The notes beneath the pieces are model-generated. The model was not told the DNA's origin. It did no database searches and saw nothing but the letters and a program-made list of their open reading frames with translations. Positions 1-10,836 of a DNA stretch of 64,000 bases are shown piece by piece. The stretch is from Candidatus Wolfebacteria bacterium. Its GTDB lineage: Bacteria; Patescibacteriota; Minisyncoccia; UBA6257; UBA9933. Where the stretch lies: positions 23,823-87,822 of the forward strand of contig JACRPK010000001.1 in NCBI GenBank assembly GCA_016214005.1. Reading direction: 5' to 3'. Positions within the stretch are counted from its first letter, which is position 1, and each line of letters starts with the position of its first letter. Made by a program: the position numbers and the translations under genes.

Positions 1-1
1 A

Positions 2-208
2 GAAGGCGATAAATTACGAAAAGAATTTAATATACCTTTGGCTAAAAAAAAGGACTGGGATAAGAGTCAGGCTGGGATTGCTATAAATATCGCAAAAGAA
101 TTTGAAAATAAGCTTAATGGTTTTCCGGAGGATGCAAGAGGGGAAATAAAAAAACAATATCAGTTTTTTGATGATTCAATTAAGGCTGCGCAAAGAAGAG
201 CCTCTTAA
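2..208 (+). CDS. 3' end of a hypothetical protein truncated by the window edge
   Basis: Frame 2 is open from base 2 (EGDKLRKEF...) to TAA at 206-208, just before rodA. Confidence 0.55.
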   Translation, partial: EGDKLRKEFNIPLAKKKDWDKSQAGIAINIAKEFENKLNGFPEDARGEIKKQYQFFDDSIKAAQRRAS

Positions 209-212
209 TTTT

Positions 213-1286
213 ATGACAGCATTTTTAAAATCCTTAAATTGGAAATTAAATTTTGCTGTTTTGTTTTTGGGATTTGTCGGGATGATAAGCATTTTAAGCG
301 TTAAGCCAAACCTATTTCCAAGGCAGCTTCTTTTTTTTGGCATTGGATTTTTTTTGGCTTTTTCAATAGCCAAATTTGATTGGCGGCCGTTTGCCAATTA
401 TAAGGGAGTCATTTGGGGAATTTATTTTTTAATGATTTTGATTTTATTGTTTACTTATTTTTTCGCGCCTGTTGTTCGCGGAGCAAGAGCTTGGCTTCCT
501 ATTGGTCCATTCCAATTTCAAATGTCGGAATTTGCAAAAATAGTTTTGATTTTTGTCTTGGCGAATTTTTTTCAAAAAAAACACATTAAGATAGCGAGCC
601 TTTCAAATTTATTCGCGTCTTTTATTTATTTTTTAATTCCGGCTGTTCTTATTGCCATTGAGCCGGATCTTGGTTCGGTTTTGATTTTGTTTTCAATTTG
701 GTTCGGTTTTCTTTTGGTTTCAGAAATCCGCTGGAAACATTTGGCCGCGGCATTTTTTATTTTTTTGACGATTGGAGGATTGATGTGGATGGGAGTTTTG
801 AAAGATTATCAAAAAGAAAGAATCTTGGGGGTTTTTATGCCGGAGCGCGATAATTTGGGAATAAATTATAATGTGGTTCAATCAAAAATTGCCATTGGCT
901 CGGGTGGATTTTTCGGCAAGGGATTCAGGCAGGGAACGCAAGTTCAGCTTGGTTTTTTGCCGGAAGCCCATACGGATTTTATTTTAGCTTCAATTATTGA
1001 AGAATTCGGGCTTATCGCCGGATTTTTAACCATAACGGCTTTTTTTATTTTAGTCTTTGAAATTATTAAAATCGGTTTAAGCTGCGGAAATAATTTTAAC
1101 AGATTTATTTGTTTGGGAATCGTTATTTTTTTCAGCGTTCAATTTGTCGTTAATGCTGGTTCGGTTTTGGGCCTTTTGCCGGTTATCGGAGTCACTTTTC
1201 CGTTTGTAAGCTATGGCGGGTCAAGTTTGCTGGCAAATTTTATCGCCCTTGGTTTTGTCCAGTCAATCTCATCTAAAAATGGCTAA
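213..1286 (+). CDS. rodA: Rod shape-determining protein RodA (SEDS family)
   Basis: Multi-TM protein with GARAW, FQMSEFAK, QSKIAIGSGG, LPEAHTDFI and PFVSYGGSS SEDS motifs; ATG at 213. Confidence 0.9.
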   Translation: MTAFLKSLNWKLNFAVLFLGFVGMISILSVKPNLFPRQLLFFGIGFFLAFSIAKFDWRPFANYKGVIWGIYFLMILILLFTYFFAPVVRGARAWLPIGPFQFQMSEFAKIVLIFVLANFFQKKHIKIASLSNLFASFIYFLIPAVLIAIEPDLGSVLILFSIWFGFLLVSEIRWKHLAAAFFIFLTIGGLMWMGVLKDYQKERILGVFMPERDNLGINYNVVQSKIAIGSGGFFGKGFRQGTQVQLGFLPEAHTDFILASIIEEFGLIAGFLTITAFFILVFEIIKIGLSCGNNFNRFICLGIVIFFSVQFVVNAGSVLGLLPVIGVTFPFVSYGGSSLLANFIALGFVQSISSKNG

Positions 1287-2304
1287 TAATAAATATTTTA
1301 AATTAATTTTAATAATTTTTGTAATTATTGCTTTGGTAGCAGGAGTCAGTTTTTCTATTTTTTTAAAAAATTTATATTCTGATGCCAAAATTTCCAATTA
1401 TCCGATATTTTTTGAAATATCTTATGGCATGGGGTTAAATGAAATAACGGATATTTTGTATTCTTCTAAATTAATCCGTTCTAAAATAGTTTTTAAAATT
1501 TATGTTATGGTAATCGGAGCGGCCAACAAACTTCAGGCGGGAAGTTATGAAACAGAGACCCCTATTTCTATTCCAAATCTTGTTGATATTTTAAAAAGCG
1601 GACCGCAGGAAATTGAAGCAGTGATTTTTCCGGGAATGACATTAAAAGAAATTGACGACAGATTTTCCGAATTAAAAATTATTAAACAGGGGAGCTTGAT
1701 TTATTATCAGGGTTTTGATAAATTAAAAAATAAGTATCAATTTTTGGAAAGCGCGAAAAATCTTGAAGGCTATCTTTTTCCGGACACTTATCGGTTTTAT
1801 AAAAATTCCAACGCCGATTTCGTAATTGATAAAATTTTAAGTAATTTTAAAAGTAAAATAGATTCGCTGATTTTTCAAAATAGCGGCATTGATTTGAAGA
1901 AAATATTGATAATTGCCAGCATGTTGGAAAAAGAAGCGCCTGGTTATGAAGACAGAAGGCTTATTGCCGGCATTATGGAAAAAAGACTTAAAGTCGGCAT
2001 GCCGCTTCAAATTGATGCTAGTGTTATTTACGCAAAATGTTCAGGAAGGTTTATTGGCTGTCCAGCGCTTGAAGGTATTGACTTTAAATTTGACTCAGAA
2101 TACAATACTTACTATTATAAAAGATTAACGCCGACGCCAATCGGAAATCCTGATTTGGAAGCGATTAAGGCTTCAATAGAAAAAAAAGATTCCCGTTATT
2201 GGTATTATCTTTCCGATCCAAAAACAAAGAAAACAATTTTTTCAGTGGATTTAGATGAGCATAATAAAAATCGCGCCAAATATTTATTATTAAATAAAAA
2301 ATAA
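1279..2304 (+). CDS. mltG: Endolytic transglycosylase MltG (YceG family)
   Basis: N-terminal TM; LEGYLFPDTY, IIASMLEKE, MPLQIDA, YNTY and PTPIGNP motifs. Confidence 0.9.
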   Translation: MANNKYFKLILIIFVIIALVAGVSFSIFLKNLYSDAKISNYPIFFEISYGMGLNEITDILYSSKLIRSKIVFKIYVMVIGAANKLQAGSYETETPISIPNLVDILKSGPQEIEAVIFPGMTLKEIDDRFSELKIIKQGSLIYYQGFDKLKNKYQFLESAKNLEGYLFPDTYRFYKNSNADFVIDKILSNFKSKIDSLIFQNSGIDLKKILIIASMLEKEAPGYEDRRLIAGIMEKRLKVGMPLQIDASVIYAKCSGRFIGCPALEGIDFKFDSEYNTYYYKRLTPTPIGNPDLEAIKASIEKKDSRYWYYLSDPKTKKTIFSVDLDEHNKNRAKYLLLNKK

Positions 2305-2360
2305 AATACTTCTTTAAACTCTTTCGTTAAAAGGGATAAGGAAGTTTTTTGCGTTTTAAA

Positions 2361-5300
2361 ATGAAAATCAATTCTAAAATTTTTTCTTCTCATCCGCAGC
2401 CATTTATTGAACAGCCGTTTTTAGCGGAAATCCAGCATAATTCATGGGAATGGTTTTTGGGAAAAGGTTTAAAAGAACTTTTTGCGGAAATTTCTCCGAT
2501 TAAAGATCCGTCTGGTAGAGAGTTGGAATTGCACTTTGTTGATTTTTATTTTGATGAGCCGAAATACGATGAAGAAACAGCATGGTCAAAAGACCTGACT
2601 TTTGAAGCGCCTCTTCGAGCAAAAGTAAAATTAGTAAATATCCGCACCAAACAAAAAACCGAACAAGAAATTTATATCGGAGATTTTCCGATGATGACTT
2701 CGCGCGGCACATTCATAATTAACGGCGTTGAGCGTGTTGTTGTCTCTCAATTAATCCGTTCTTCGGGCGTTTATTTTACGGCAGCTGGATATAGGGGCAG
2801 AAGCCTTTTCGGAGCCAAAGTGATTCCTGATCGCGGCAGCTGGCTGGAATTTGAAACCGATCCGGATGGATTTATTGGCGTAAAAATTGATCGCCATAGA
2901 AAAGCGGCGGCAACAGATTTATTAAAGGTTTTTGCCAATATGGCCGATAAAAAAGATTTTGAAAATAATGACAAAATTTTGAGTTTGTTTAAAGATATTG
3001 ATAGCGGCCAGATTAAATATATAGAAACAACTTTAAAGAAGAGCGGCACTAAAACTTTTAATGATTCTTATGCGGAAATTTATAAGAGATTAAGGCCGGG
3101 CGATTTGGCAACTTATGAAAATGCCAAAAATTTGATTGACGCCATGTTTGAAAGGGGAGATCGCTATAGCCTTTCAGAGCCGGGCAGGTTTAAATTTAAT
3201 TCTCGTCTTGATATAAAAGGCAATAAGTCAACCTTGCTTGGCTTGGAAGACATTATTTTAATAATCAAGGAAATTATCAGGCTCAATAATGATTCAATGG
3301 CTCAGCCGGATGATATAGATCATTTGGGAAATCGTCGTTTGCGCGCTATTGGCGAGCTTTTGCAAAGCCGTCTTCATGTCGGTTTTCAGAGAATGAGAAG
3401 GATTGCCTTGGATAGAATGTCAACATCAGAAGCCGAGATGATTACTCCGGCTCAAGTTATTAATTCTCGTCCGCTTATGGCGATTGTCAAAGAATTTTTC
3501 ATGACTTCGCAATTGTCGCAATTTATGAATCAAATTAATACCTTGGCTGAACTTGAACACAAACGCTTGCTTTCTTCAATGGGACCAGGAGGTCTTACAA
3601 GAGAACGCGCCGGTTTTGAAGTCCGCGATGTGCATATTTCTCACTATGGCAGAATTTGTCCGATTCAAACTCCGGAAGGAGCTAACATCGGTTTAATAAA
3701 TTATTTGGCGAATTACGCGAGAATTAACGAATTCGGATTTTTAGAAACTCCTTATGTTAAAGTTAAAAACGGAAAACTTACCGATGAAATCGTATGGTTT
3801 AATGCCACTGAAGAAGAAAAATATAAAATTGCTCAAGGTAGCAGTAAATTAGACGGCAAGAAAATTATTGATGATGCCATTGAAATTCGTTTTAAGGGAA
3901 AACCGGGCACTTGTTTAAAAGATGAAGTTGAATACATTGACGCGGCGCCAAATCAAATCGTGAGCGTTGCTTCGTCTCTAATTCCATTTTTAGAACATGA
4001 TGATGCAAACCGCGCGTTGATGGGTTCAAACATGCAACGCCAAGCTGTGCCGTCTATTGTTCCTTCGGCGCCATTGGTTTCAACCGGGGCTGAAGATAAA
4101 GCGGCTTATGATTCCGGCCGCGTGGTAATTTCTGAAACAGACGGTGAAGTCGTTGAACTTGATGCCGGAAAAATAGTTGTTGAAGACAAGGCTGGCAAAA
4201 AGAAAAATTATAATCTTTATAAATTCCGTCGCTCCAATTATTTCACATCTATTTCTCAAAAGCCTATTGTTGAAAAAGGCCAGAAGGTGAAGCGCGGAGA
4301 TGTTTTGGCCGACGGCGCTTCAACGGAAAACGGCGTTTTGGCTTTGGGACAAAATTTGCTAGTTGCCTTTACTTCTTGGGAAGGCGCAAACTTTGAAGAT
4401 GCCATTGTTCTTTCGGAACGCGTTGTAAAAAATGATTTATTCACTTCTATTCATATTGAAAATTTTTATTGCGATGTTAGGGATACAAAGCTTGGGCCCG
4501 AATTAACAAGTCCAGATATTCCGAATGTTTCCGAAGATAAATTAAAAAATCTTGATGAAGAGGGAATTATTAGAATCGGCGCCGAAGTTTCAGCTGGAGA
4601 TATTTTAGTCGGGAAAATTTCTCCAAAAGGAGAAGTTGAAATATCTTCTGAGGAAAAATTATTGCGCGCGATTTTCGGTGAAAAAGCAAGAGATATTAAA
4701 GATACTTCATTGGTAATGCCGCACGGAAAATCAGGTAGGATCGTCGGCATTAAAATTTTCTCGCGCGATCATGGAGATAAACTTGAACCTGGCGTGATTA
4801 AAAGAATTCAAGTTGAAGTGGCGCAGCTTAGAAAAGTGCGAGCAGGCGATAAATTGGCCGGTCGCCACGGCAACAAAGGCGTAATTTCTCAAATTAGACC
4901 AATGGAAGATATGCCCTATCTTGAAGACGGCACGCCAGTTGATATTGTTTTAAATCCGCTTGGTGTTGCCTCCAGAATGAATCTTGGTCAAATTTTAGAA
5001 ACTCATTTGGGTTTGGCCGCTAAAAAGCTTGGTTATCGCGCCATTACTCCGGTTTTCGTCGGCGCCAGTGAAGAAGATATTAAGTCCGAACTTAAAAAAG
5101 CCGGCTATTCTCAAGACGGAAAATTGCAAGTTTATGACGGAAGAACCGGCAATCCTTTGCCGTCGCCGATAACAGTTGGATATATTTATATGTTAAAACT
5201 TAACCATTTGGTTGAAGATAAAATTCACATGAGATCTATCGGCCCGTATTCATTAATTACCCAGCAGCCTCTTGGCGGAAAAGCTCAATTTGGAGGGCAG

Positions 5301-5561
5301 CGTTTCGGAGAAATGGAAGTCTGGGCTTTGGAGGGTTATGGCGCAGCGCATATTTTGCAGGAAGTTTTGACAATCAAATCAGATGATGTTTTGGGAAGGA
5401 CAGCGGCTTTTGAATCGATAATCAGGAACGAAAAAATAAAAAGTCCGAGCATTCCGTCAGCTTTCAATGTATTGCTTAATGAAATGAAAGCTTTGGGACT
5501 TGATGTTGAAACAAAAGGCGGCGAAGAGAAAAAAGAAATCAGAAGAAAATCAATAAAATAA
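2361..5561 (+). CDS. rpoB: DNA-directed RNA polymerase subunit beta
   Basis: GDKLAGRHGNKG, GGQRFGEMEVWALE and RDVHISHYGRICP motifs. Confidence 0.99.
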   Translation: MKINSKIFSSHPQPFIEQPFLAEIQHNSWEWFLGKGLKELFAEISPIKDPSGRELELHFVDFYFDEPKYDEETAWSKDLTFEAPLRAKVKLVNIRTKQKTEQEIYIGDFPMMTSRGTFIINGVERVVVSQLIRSSGVYFTAAGYRGRSLFGAKVIPDRGSWLEFETDPDGFIGVKIDRHRKAAATDLLKVFANMADKKDFENNDKILSLFKDIDSGQIKYIETTLKKSGTKTFNDSYAEIYKRLRPGDLATYENAKNLIDAMFERGDRYSLSEPGRFKFNSRLDIKGNKSTLLGLEDIILIIKEIIRLNNDSMAQPDDIDHLGNRRLRAIGELLQSRLHVGFQRMRRIALDRMSTSEAEMITPAQVINSRPLMAIVKEFFMTSQLSQFMNQINTLAELEHKRLLSSMGPGGLTRERAGFEVRDVHISHYGRICPIQTPEGANIGLINYLANYARINEFGFLETPYVKVKNGKLTDEIVWFNATEEEKYKIAQGSSKLDGKKIIDDAIEIRFKGKPGTCLKDEVEYIDAAPNQIVSVASSLIPFLEHDDANRALMGSNMQRQAVPSIVPSAPLVSTGAEDKAAYDSGRVVISETDGEVVELDAGKIVVEDKAGKKKNYNLYKFRRSNYFTSISQKPIVEKGQKVKRGDVLADGASTENGVLALGQNLLVAFTSWEGANFEDAIVLSERVVKNDLFTSIHIENFYCDVRDTKLGPELTSPDIPNVSEDKLKNLDEEGIIRIGAEVSAGDILVGKISPKGEVEISSEEKLLRAIFGEKARDIKDTSLVMPHGKSGRIVGIKIFSRDHGDKLEPGVIKRIQVEVAQLRKVRAGDKLAGRHGNKGVISQIRPMEDMPYLEDGTPVDIVLNPLGVASRMNLGQILETHLGLAAKKLGYRAITPVFVGASEEDIKSELKKAGYSQDGKLQVYDGRTGNPLPSPITVGYIYMLKLNHLVEDKIHMRSIGPYSLITQQPLGGKAQFGGQRFGEMEVWALEGYGAAHILQEVLTIKSDDVLGRTAAFESIIRNEKIKSPSIPSAFNVLLNEMKALGLDVETKGGEEKKEIRRKSIK

Positions 5562-5566
5562 TCAAT

Positions 5567-8500
5567 ATGAATTTCAAATCTTTAAAAATCCAATTGGCTT
5601 CTCCTGAAAAAATTCTTTCCTGGTCTTACGGGGAAGTATTGAAGCCGGAAACCATAAATTATAGGACTCAGCGTCCAGAAAAAGACGGATTATTTTCCGA
5701 GCGGATTTTCGGTCCGACCAAAGATTTTGAATGTTATTGCGGAAAATATAAAAGGATTCGTTATAAAGGTTTAAAGTGTGATAAGTGCGGAGTGGAAGTG
5801 ACGAAGTCTTCAGTTCGTCGCGAGAGAATGGGGCACATTAATTTGGCGTCTCCGGTTGTTCATATTTGGTTTTTAAGGAGCATTCCTTCAAGAATTGGGC
5901 TTTTTATTAATGCGCCTATTCAAAAACTCACTAAGGTTATTTATTATGCCGCGTATATTGTTACTTTTGTCAATGAAGAAAAGAAAAAAGAATATTTTGA
6001 AGAGATCGACAAAGAATTCAAGTCAAAAAAGAAAGCCATTGAAAAAGGAAAATTAAAAGATTTGGAAGAAGCGACCATTATTGCTAAGGAAAATTTGAAA
6101 GCTTTGGAAGTTGGGAAAATTTTGACTGAAACTGAATATAATTTATTGGTAAGGAAATTTGCCGGAGTTTTTAAAGCCTCAAACGGGGCGGAGGCTATAA
6201 GGAATATTTTGGCGGCAATTGATCTTGAAAAAGAAGCCGAAAGAGTTGAGAAAGAAGCTAAAAATGTCAAAGATGCGGGAAAATCGCGCAAGCTTCTTTA
6301 TAAATTAAAAGTCATTAAATCTTTTATTAAAAATAAAATGAGACCGGAGTGGATGATTATGACCGTTTTACCGGTTTTACCTCCTGATTTGCGTCCAATG
6401 GTGCCTTTAGATGGAGGCCGTTATGCTACTTCTGATTTGAACGATTTATATAGAAGGGTTATTAATAGAAATGATCGTTTGAAAAAACTTTTAGAAATAA
6501 AAGCTCCGGAAATAATTGTTACCAATGAAAAAAGAATGCTCCAGGAGGCAGTTGACGCTTTAATTGACAATTCATCGCGCCTGGGAAGCCAACAGCAGCT
6601 TTCGGCTTCGCGTCGTCCGCTTAAATCTTTGGCAGATATTTTAAAGGGGAAAGAAGGAAGATTCCGTCAGAATTTACTTGGAAAACGCGTTGATTATTCC
6701 GGCCGTTCGGTTATTGTTGTCGGTCCTGATTTGAAACTTAACGAATGCGGTTTGCCGAAAAAAATGGCTTTGGAATTATTTAAACCGTTTGTTTCCAGCA
6801 AAATTATTGAAAGGGGAATGGCTCATAATATTAGAAACGCCAATCGCTTGATAGAAGCGGCAACTCCGGAAATCTGGGAAATTTTAGAAGAAGTTATTAA
6901 AGATAAAAAAGTTTTACTTAACCGCGCTCCGACTCTTCATCGTTTGGGTATACAGGCTTTTAAGCCAGTTTTGATTGAAGATTTGGCGATTAGAATACCG
7001 CCGATGGTCTGTAGCGCTTTTAACGCCGATTTCGATGGTGATCAAATGGCGGTTCATTTGCCGCTTTCCGAAGAGGCTCAAAAAGAAGCAACTGAAAAAA
7101 TGCTTGCTTCGGGAAATATTTTAAAGCCTTCAACCGGTGATCCGATTGCCCAGCCGACTCAAGACGTCGTTTTGGGATGTTATTATCTGACAAAAATCAA
7201 GCCAATAGGCGCTCAAAATATTAAAATTTTTTCGTCTCAAGAAGAGGCGTTGATGGCGTTTCATTTTGAAATAATAGAAATCAATGAATTGATTAAAGTT
7301 TGTTTGCCGGAAATGGGAATTGTTGAAACTAGCGCCGGCAGATTAATTTTTAACGGCGTTTTACCGAAAGATTTCGGTTTTATTAATAAACAGATGAATA
7401 AAAAAGAGCTTGGCAAACTTTTGTCAGCTCTTATTGATAAATATGGCGTTAAAAATATTTGGATGATTTTGGACGAAATCAAGCTTTTGGGCAATAAATA
7501 CGCGACTATCAGCGGAGTAAGCTGGGGCATGGATGATTTAACTGTTCCGCAGGAAAAGAAAAAAATTGTTGAAGCCGCGGAAAAAGAAGAAAAAATCATC
7601 AAAGAACAATACGAAGAAGGCCTTTTGACTGATTCCGAACGCCATTCGCGGGCAACGGCGATTTGGGATAAAACAAAAGAAGAAGTGGCAAAAGTTGTTC
7701 CTAAAACTCTTGATCCGCTTAGCTCGGTTTTTACAATTATTGATTCCGGCAGCCGCGGAAGCTGGTCTCAGCCTATTCAAATGATGGGCATGAAAGGTTT
7801 GGTTCAGAATCCGCAAGGTGAAACCATAGAACTCCCAATTAAATCTTCATATAAAGAAGGGCTTAGCGTTTTGGAATTTTTCATCAACACCCACGGCGCC
7901 AGAAAAGGCTTAACTGATACGGCTCTTAAAACCGCCCAAGCCGGATATCTTACGAGGCGCTTAGTTGATGTTTCTCAAGATTTAGTAATAAGAGAAAACG
8001 ATTGTAAAACTACCAAAGGCATAACGATGTTTAGAAGCGATAGCGACGAATATGGAGTTCCTTTTAGTCAAAGGATTTTCGGCAGAACGGCTTTAAGCGA
8101 TATTAAATCAGGAAATAAAATTTTTGTTGAAGCCGGAGAAATTATCGGCCGCAATAAAGCTGAAGAAATAGAAAAAGCAAAAATTGAGAGCATCGAAGCA
8201 AGATCGCCGATGACTTGTAAATCAACAAACGGCATTTGTTCAAAATGTTATGGTTTTGATTTGTCAAAAATTCAGCCTATTGAATTGGGAGAGGCGGTTG
8301 GCGTTATAGCGGCTCAATCAATCGGCGAGCCTGGCACTCAGCTTACTTTGAGGACATTCCATACCGGCGGCGTGGCGGGCGTTGATATTACCCATGGTCT
8401 TCAAAGAATTCAAGAGCTTTTTGAAGTCCGCGTGCCGAAAGGCAAGGCGGCTTTGGCTGAAAACGATGGATCCATAGAAGAAATTGAAGATAATAAATCA

Positions 8501-9139
8501 ATTAAAATTATAAAACTTAAGACATTAAAATCTTCGGCAAAAGGCGCGAAGAGTAAAATTATTGAATATCCGGTTCCCAAGGGCGCTATGATTTTTGTTA
8601 AATCAGATGATAAAATTTTAAAAGGCGATCAGCTTTGCGAGGGAAGCATTGATCTCCATGAATTATTTGATTTGAAAGGGAAAGAGGCCGTTGAGCGATA
8701 TTTAATAAATGAGATTCAGAAAATTTACGCCTCAGAAGGAAGCGCTATTAATGATAAGCATATTGAGATGATCGTTAGACAAATGTTTTCAAGATTGATG
8801 GTAACGGAAGCAGGGGCTACAAATTTTGTTCCAGGTGAAGTTGTTGAAAAATCAGACTTTTTGGAAAACAATCGTTTAATGAAGGGAAATGGGAAACAAC
8901 CGGCTGTTGCTAAACAACTTTTGATGGGTATTACAAGAATTTCACTGAGCACAAAGAGTTTCTTATCAGCTGTGTCTTTTCAGGAAACAGCCAGAGTGTT
9001 AGTTGGCGCCGCGGTTGAAGGCAAAGAAGACGCCTTAAAAGGTTTGAAAGAAAACGTTATTATTGGAAGACTTATTCCAGCGGGTACGGGACTTAATGCC
9101 AAAGATGAAGCGCTTAAAGAGCCGACGTCTGAAATTTAA
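5567..9139 (+). CDS. rpoC: DNA-directed RNA polymerase subunit beta'
   Basis: NADFDGDQMAVH catalytic motif, N-terminal Zn finger, follows rpoB. Confidence 0.99.
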   Translation: MNFKSLKIQLASPEKILSWSYGEVLKPETINYRTQRPEKDGLFSERIFGPTKDFECYCGKYKRIRYKGLKCDKCGVEVTKSSVRRERMGHINLASPVVHIWFLRSIPSRIGLFINAPIQKLTKVIYYAAYIVTFVNEEKKKEYFEEIDKEFKSKKKAIEKGKLKDLEEATIIAKENLKALEVGKILTETEYNLLVRKFAGVFKASNGAEAIRNILAAIDLEKEAERVEKEAKNVKDAGKSRKLLYKLKVIKSFIKNKMRPEWMIMTVLPVLPPDLRPMVPLDGGRYATSDLNDLYRRVINRNDRLKKLLEIKAPEIIVTNEKRMLQEAVDALIDNSSRLGSQQQLSASRRPLKSLADILKGKEGRFRQNLLGKRVDYSGRSVIVVGPDLKLNECGLPKKMALELFKPFVSSKIIERGMAHNIRNANRLIEAATPEIWEILEEVIKDKKVLLNRAPTLHRLGIQAFKPVLIEDLAIRIPPMVCSAFNADFDGDQMAVHLPLSEEAQKEATEKMLASGNILKPSTGDPIAQPTQDVVLGCYYLTKIKPIGAQNIKIFSSQEEALMAFHFEIIEINELIKVCLPEMGIVETSAGRLIFNGVLPKDFGFINKQMNKKELGKLLSALIDKYGVKNIWMILDEIKLLGNKYATISGVSWGMDDLTVPQEKKKIVEAAEKEEKIIKEQYEEGLLTDSERHSRATAIWDKTKEEVAKVVPKTLDPLSSVFTIIDSGSRGSWSQPIQMMGMKGLVQNPQGETIELPIKSSYKEGLSVLEFFINTHGARKGLTDTALKTAQAGYLTRRLVDVSQDLVIRENDCKTTKGITMFRSDSDEYGVPFSQRIFGRTALSDIKSGNKIFVEAGEIIGRNKAEEIEKAKIESIEARSPMTCKSTNGICSKCYGFDLSKIQPIELGEAVGVIAAQSIGEPGTQLTLRTFHTGGVAGVDITHGLQRIQELFEVRVPKGKAALAENDGSIEEIEDNKSIKIIKLKTLKSSAKGAKSKIIEYPVPKGAMIFVKSDDKILKGDQLCEGSIDLHELFDLKGKEAVERYLINEIQKIYASEGSAINDKHIEMIVRQMFSRLMVTEAGATNFVPGEVVEKSDFLENNRLMKGNGKQPAVAKQLLMGITRISLSTKSFLSAVSFQETARVLVGAAVEGKEDALKGLKENVIIGRLIPAGTGLNAKDEALKEPTSEI

Positions 9140-9145
9140 TTTGTA

Positions 9146-10714
9146 TTAATTATTTTTTTTGAAATTCCATTTTGGCGTCACCCAAAATCCCAATCTAAAT
9201 TTTCCTCCAAGCGCTAGGCGCGTTTGAGCGTCTATTGCCGGAAAAGCTCCAAAAATAATCATCGTTGCCAAAAGCAATGGCCATTGGAGAATCATCATCA
9301 AATATCTGTGTTTACCGTATTCAATTGGTTTGGGCGGCAAGATGATCATTGTTAAATAAGCCGAAGTAACGATGCCTATTGTTGATAGCGTCATCAGCCA
9401 TCTTGTCACTTGCGGCAAATTGTATGCCAAAAGAGTTTGTCTGAAAATTTCTCCTCCGATAATAATCGGCAGCCAGCCAAGCATAAAAATTATTAAAGCG
9501 TTTGTTGCCCAAGACCAAAATCCTTCAATATAAATAAAAGCAAGATTTAATTTTTTTAAAAAATTGATCTTTTTATTTTTATAAAATCCGAATAAAACAT
9601 AGGGGATATTTTCGCATCCCCATGCCCAACGCCTTTGCTGCTTATAAATGTTTTTCATTGTTTGCCAAAAAGTCGGCGCCACATTAGCGTCCATTTTTAC
9701 CGGAAAATGAAGCGGGATAACTCCATAATTGCCGTTATGTCTTAAAAGCAGTTGCCAAAAAATTCTGGAATCTTCGCTCACCATATTGGTCTGCCAAAAA
9801 TCTGTTTTGTTTAAAGCTTCAAATGGGATTGAATGAGATGAAAAAGTTGTAAGTCTTTCCTGGCGTTCTTGCTGTAAGGTGTGCCAAAAAGTGGCTGAAA
9901 AAGCCACGATACGCGCTAAAGCCGGCGCTTCCCAGATATTGTTAATGTAAAACGGCACCGGTTGATAGCTAAAATTTTGAGGGTTTTCGGTTGTTAAATA
10001 AACATAAGTTAATCTTGCGAAATAATCGCGGTAGACAACCGTGTCAATGTCAAAAGCGGAAACGATAATTTTATCGTAAGGAATTTGAAAAACATCGATG
10101 ATTTCTTCTTTTGCTTTTTTTGCAGCCCATGTAATATTTGATCCTTTTCCGGAAATTTCTCCGGGAATATTTTGCGGATGGAAAGTTATTAAAAATTTAA
10201 AAAATTCGTTTTCGTATTCTTTTTTTATTTTTTCGGCGATTATTTTCGCTTTTTCTCCGGCTTTTTCTTCGGCTGCCAAAACAATAATCATTCTGTTCTT
10301 TCTGTAGTTTGAATTTTTAAGACTTTCTATGGAGGATTTTATTGTTTCTTCTGATTCATTATAAAAAGGAAGTAATATTAAATGGTAAATATTTTTCCAA
10401 TCAGCCTGTGGTCCGCAGTCCGTAGCTTGCAGCTTGTTGAACCAATCAATTTTTAAATTTTTTTGTAATTTTTTAAATGCTGAACGCAAATGCAGGGCAA
10501 GATAAATTGTTTTTAAGAGCCAATAAACGTCAAAAATAATTATAAAAATTGCGGCAAAAGTCGGCGCAAACCAAGAAATAAAAACTACGCCCCCAAGCGT
10601 TAACAATGATAAAAATCCCGGGAATATTTCAAAAATTCTGTAAAGCAATCGCTCTTTTTTGTTATCTAAATCATCAGCTTCGGCTGTTTTTAAATAGTAA
10701 TATTCTGATTCCAT
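9146..10714 (-). CDS. Membrane glycosyltransferase, family 2-like
   Basis: GKGSN, DxD (FDID), SEDSR and QQRRWAWG processive GT2 motifs with flanking TM helices. Confidence 0.8.
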   Translation of the reverse strand: MESEYYYLKTAEADDLDNKKERLLYRIFEIFPGFLSLLTLGGVVFISWFAPTFAAIFIIIFDVYWLLKTIYLALHLRSAFKKLQKNLKIDWFNKLQATDCGPQADWKNIYHLILLPFYNESEETIKSSIESLKNSNYRKNRMIIVLAAEEKAGEKAKIIAEKIKKEYENEFFKFLITFHPQNIPGEISGKGSNITWAAKKAKEEIIDVFQIPYDKIIVSAFDIDTVVYRDYFARLTYVYLTTENPQNFSYQPVPFYINNIWEAPALARIVAFSATFWHTLQQERQERLTTFSSHSIPFEALNKTDFWQTNMVSEDSRIFWQLLLRHNGNYGVIPLHFPVKMDANVAPTFWQTMKNIYKQQRRWAWGCENIPYVLFGFYKNKKINFLKKLNLAFIYIEGFWSWATNALIIFMLGWLPIIIGGEIFRQTLLAYNLPQVTRWLMTLSTIGIVTSAYLTMIILPPKPIEYGKHRYLMMILQWPLLLATMIIFGAFPAIDAQTRLALGGKFRLGFWVTPKWNFKKNN

Positions 10715-10798
10715 AAATAATTGTATGTTTTGATTTATAGATTGAATTTTAATCTGTCCAATCCAAAAAAGCTATTCCTTCATTTTGTTTTTTTGATC

Positions 10799-10827
10799 TT
10801 GACATAATTTAAAAGACAATTTAGTAT
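10799..10827 (+). promoter_or_regulatory. Sigma70-type promoter
   Basis: TTGACA (10799)-17 nt-TAGTAT (10822), 9 nt before the ATG at 10837. Confidence 0.6.
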
Positions 10828-10836
10828 TATTTATAT

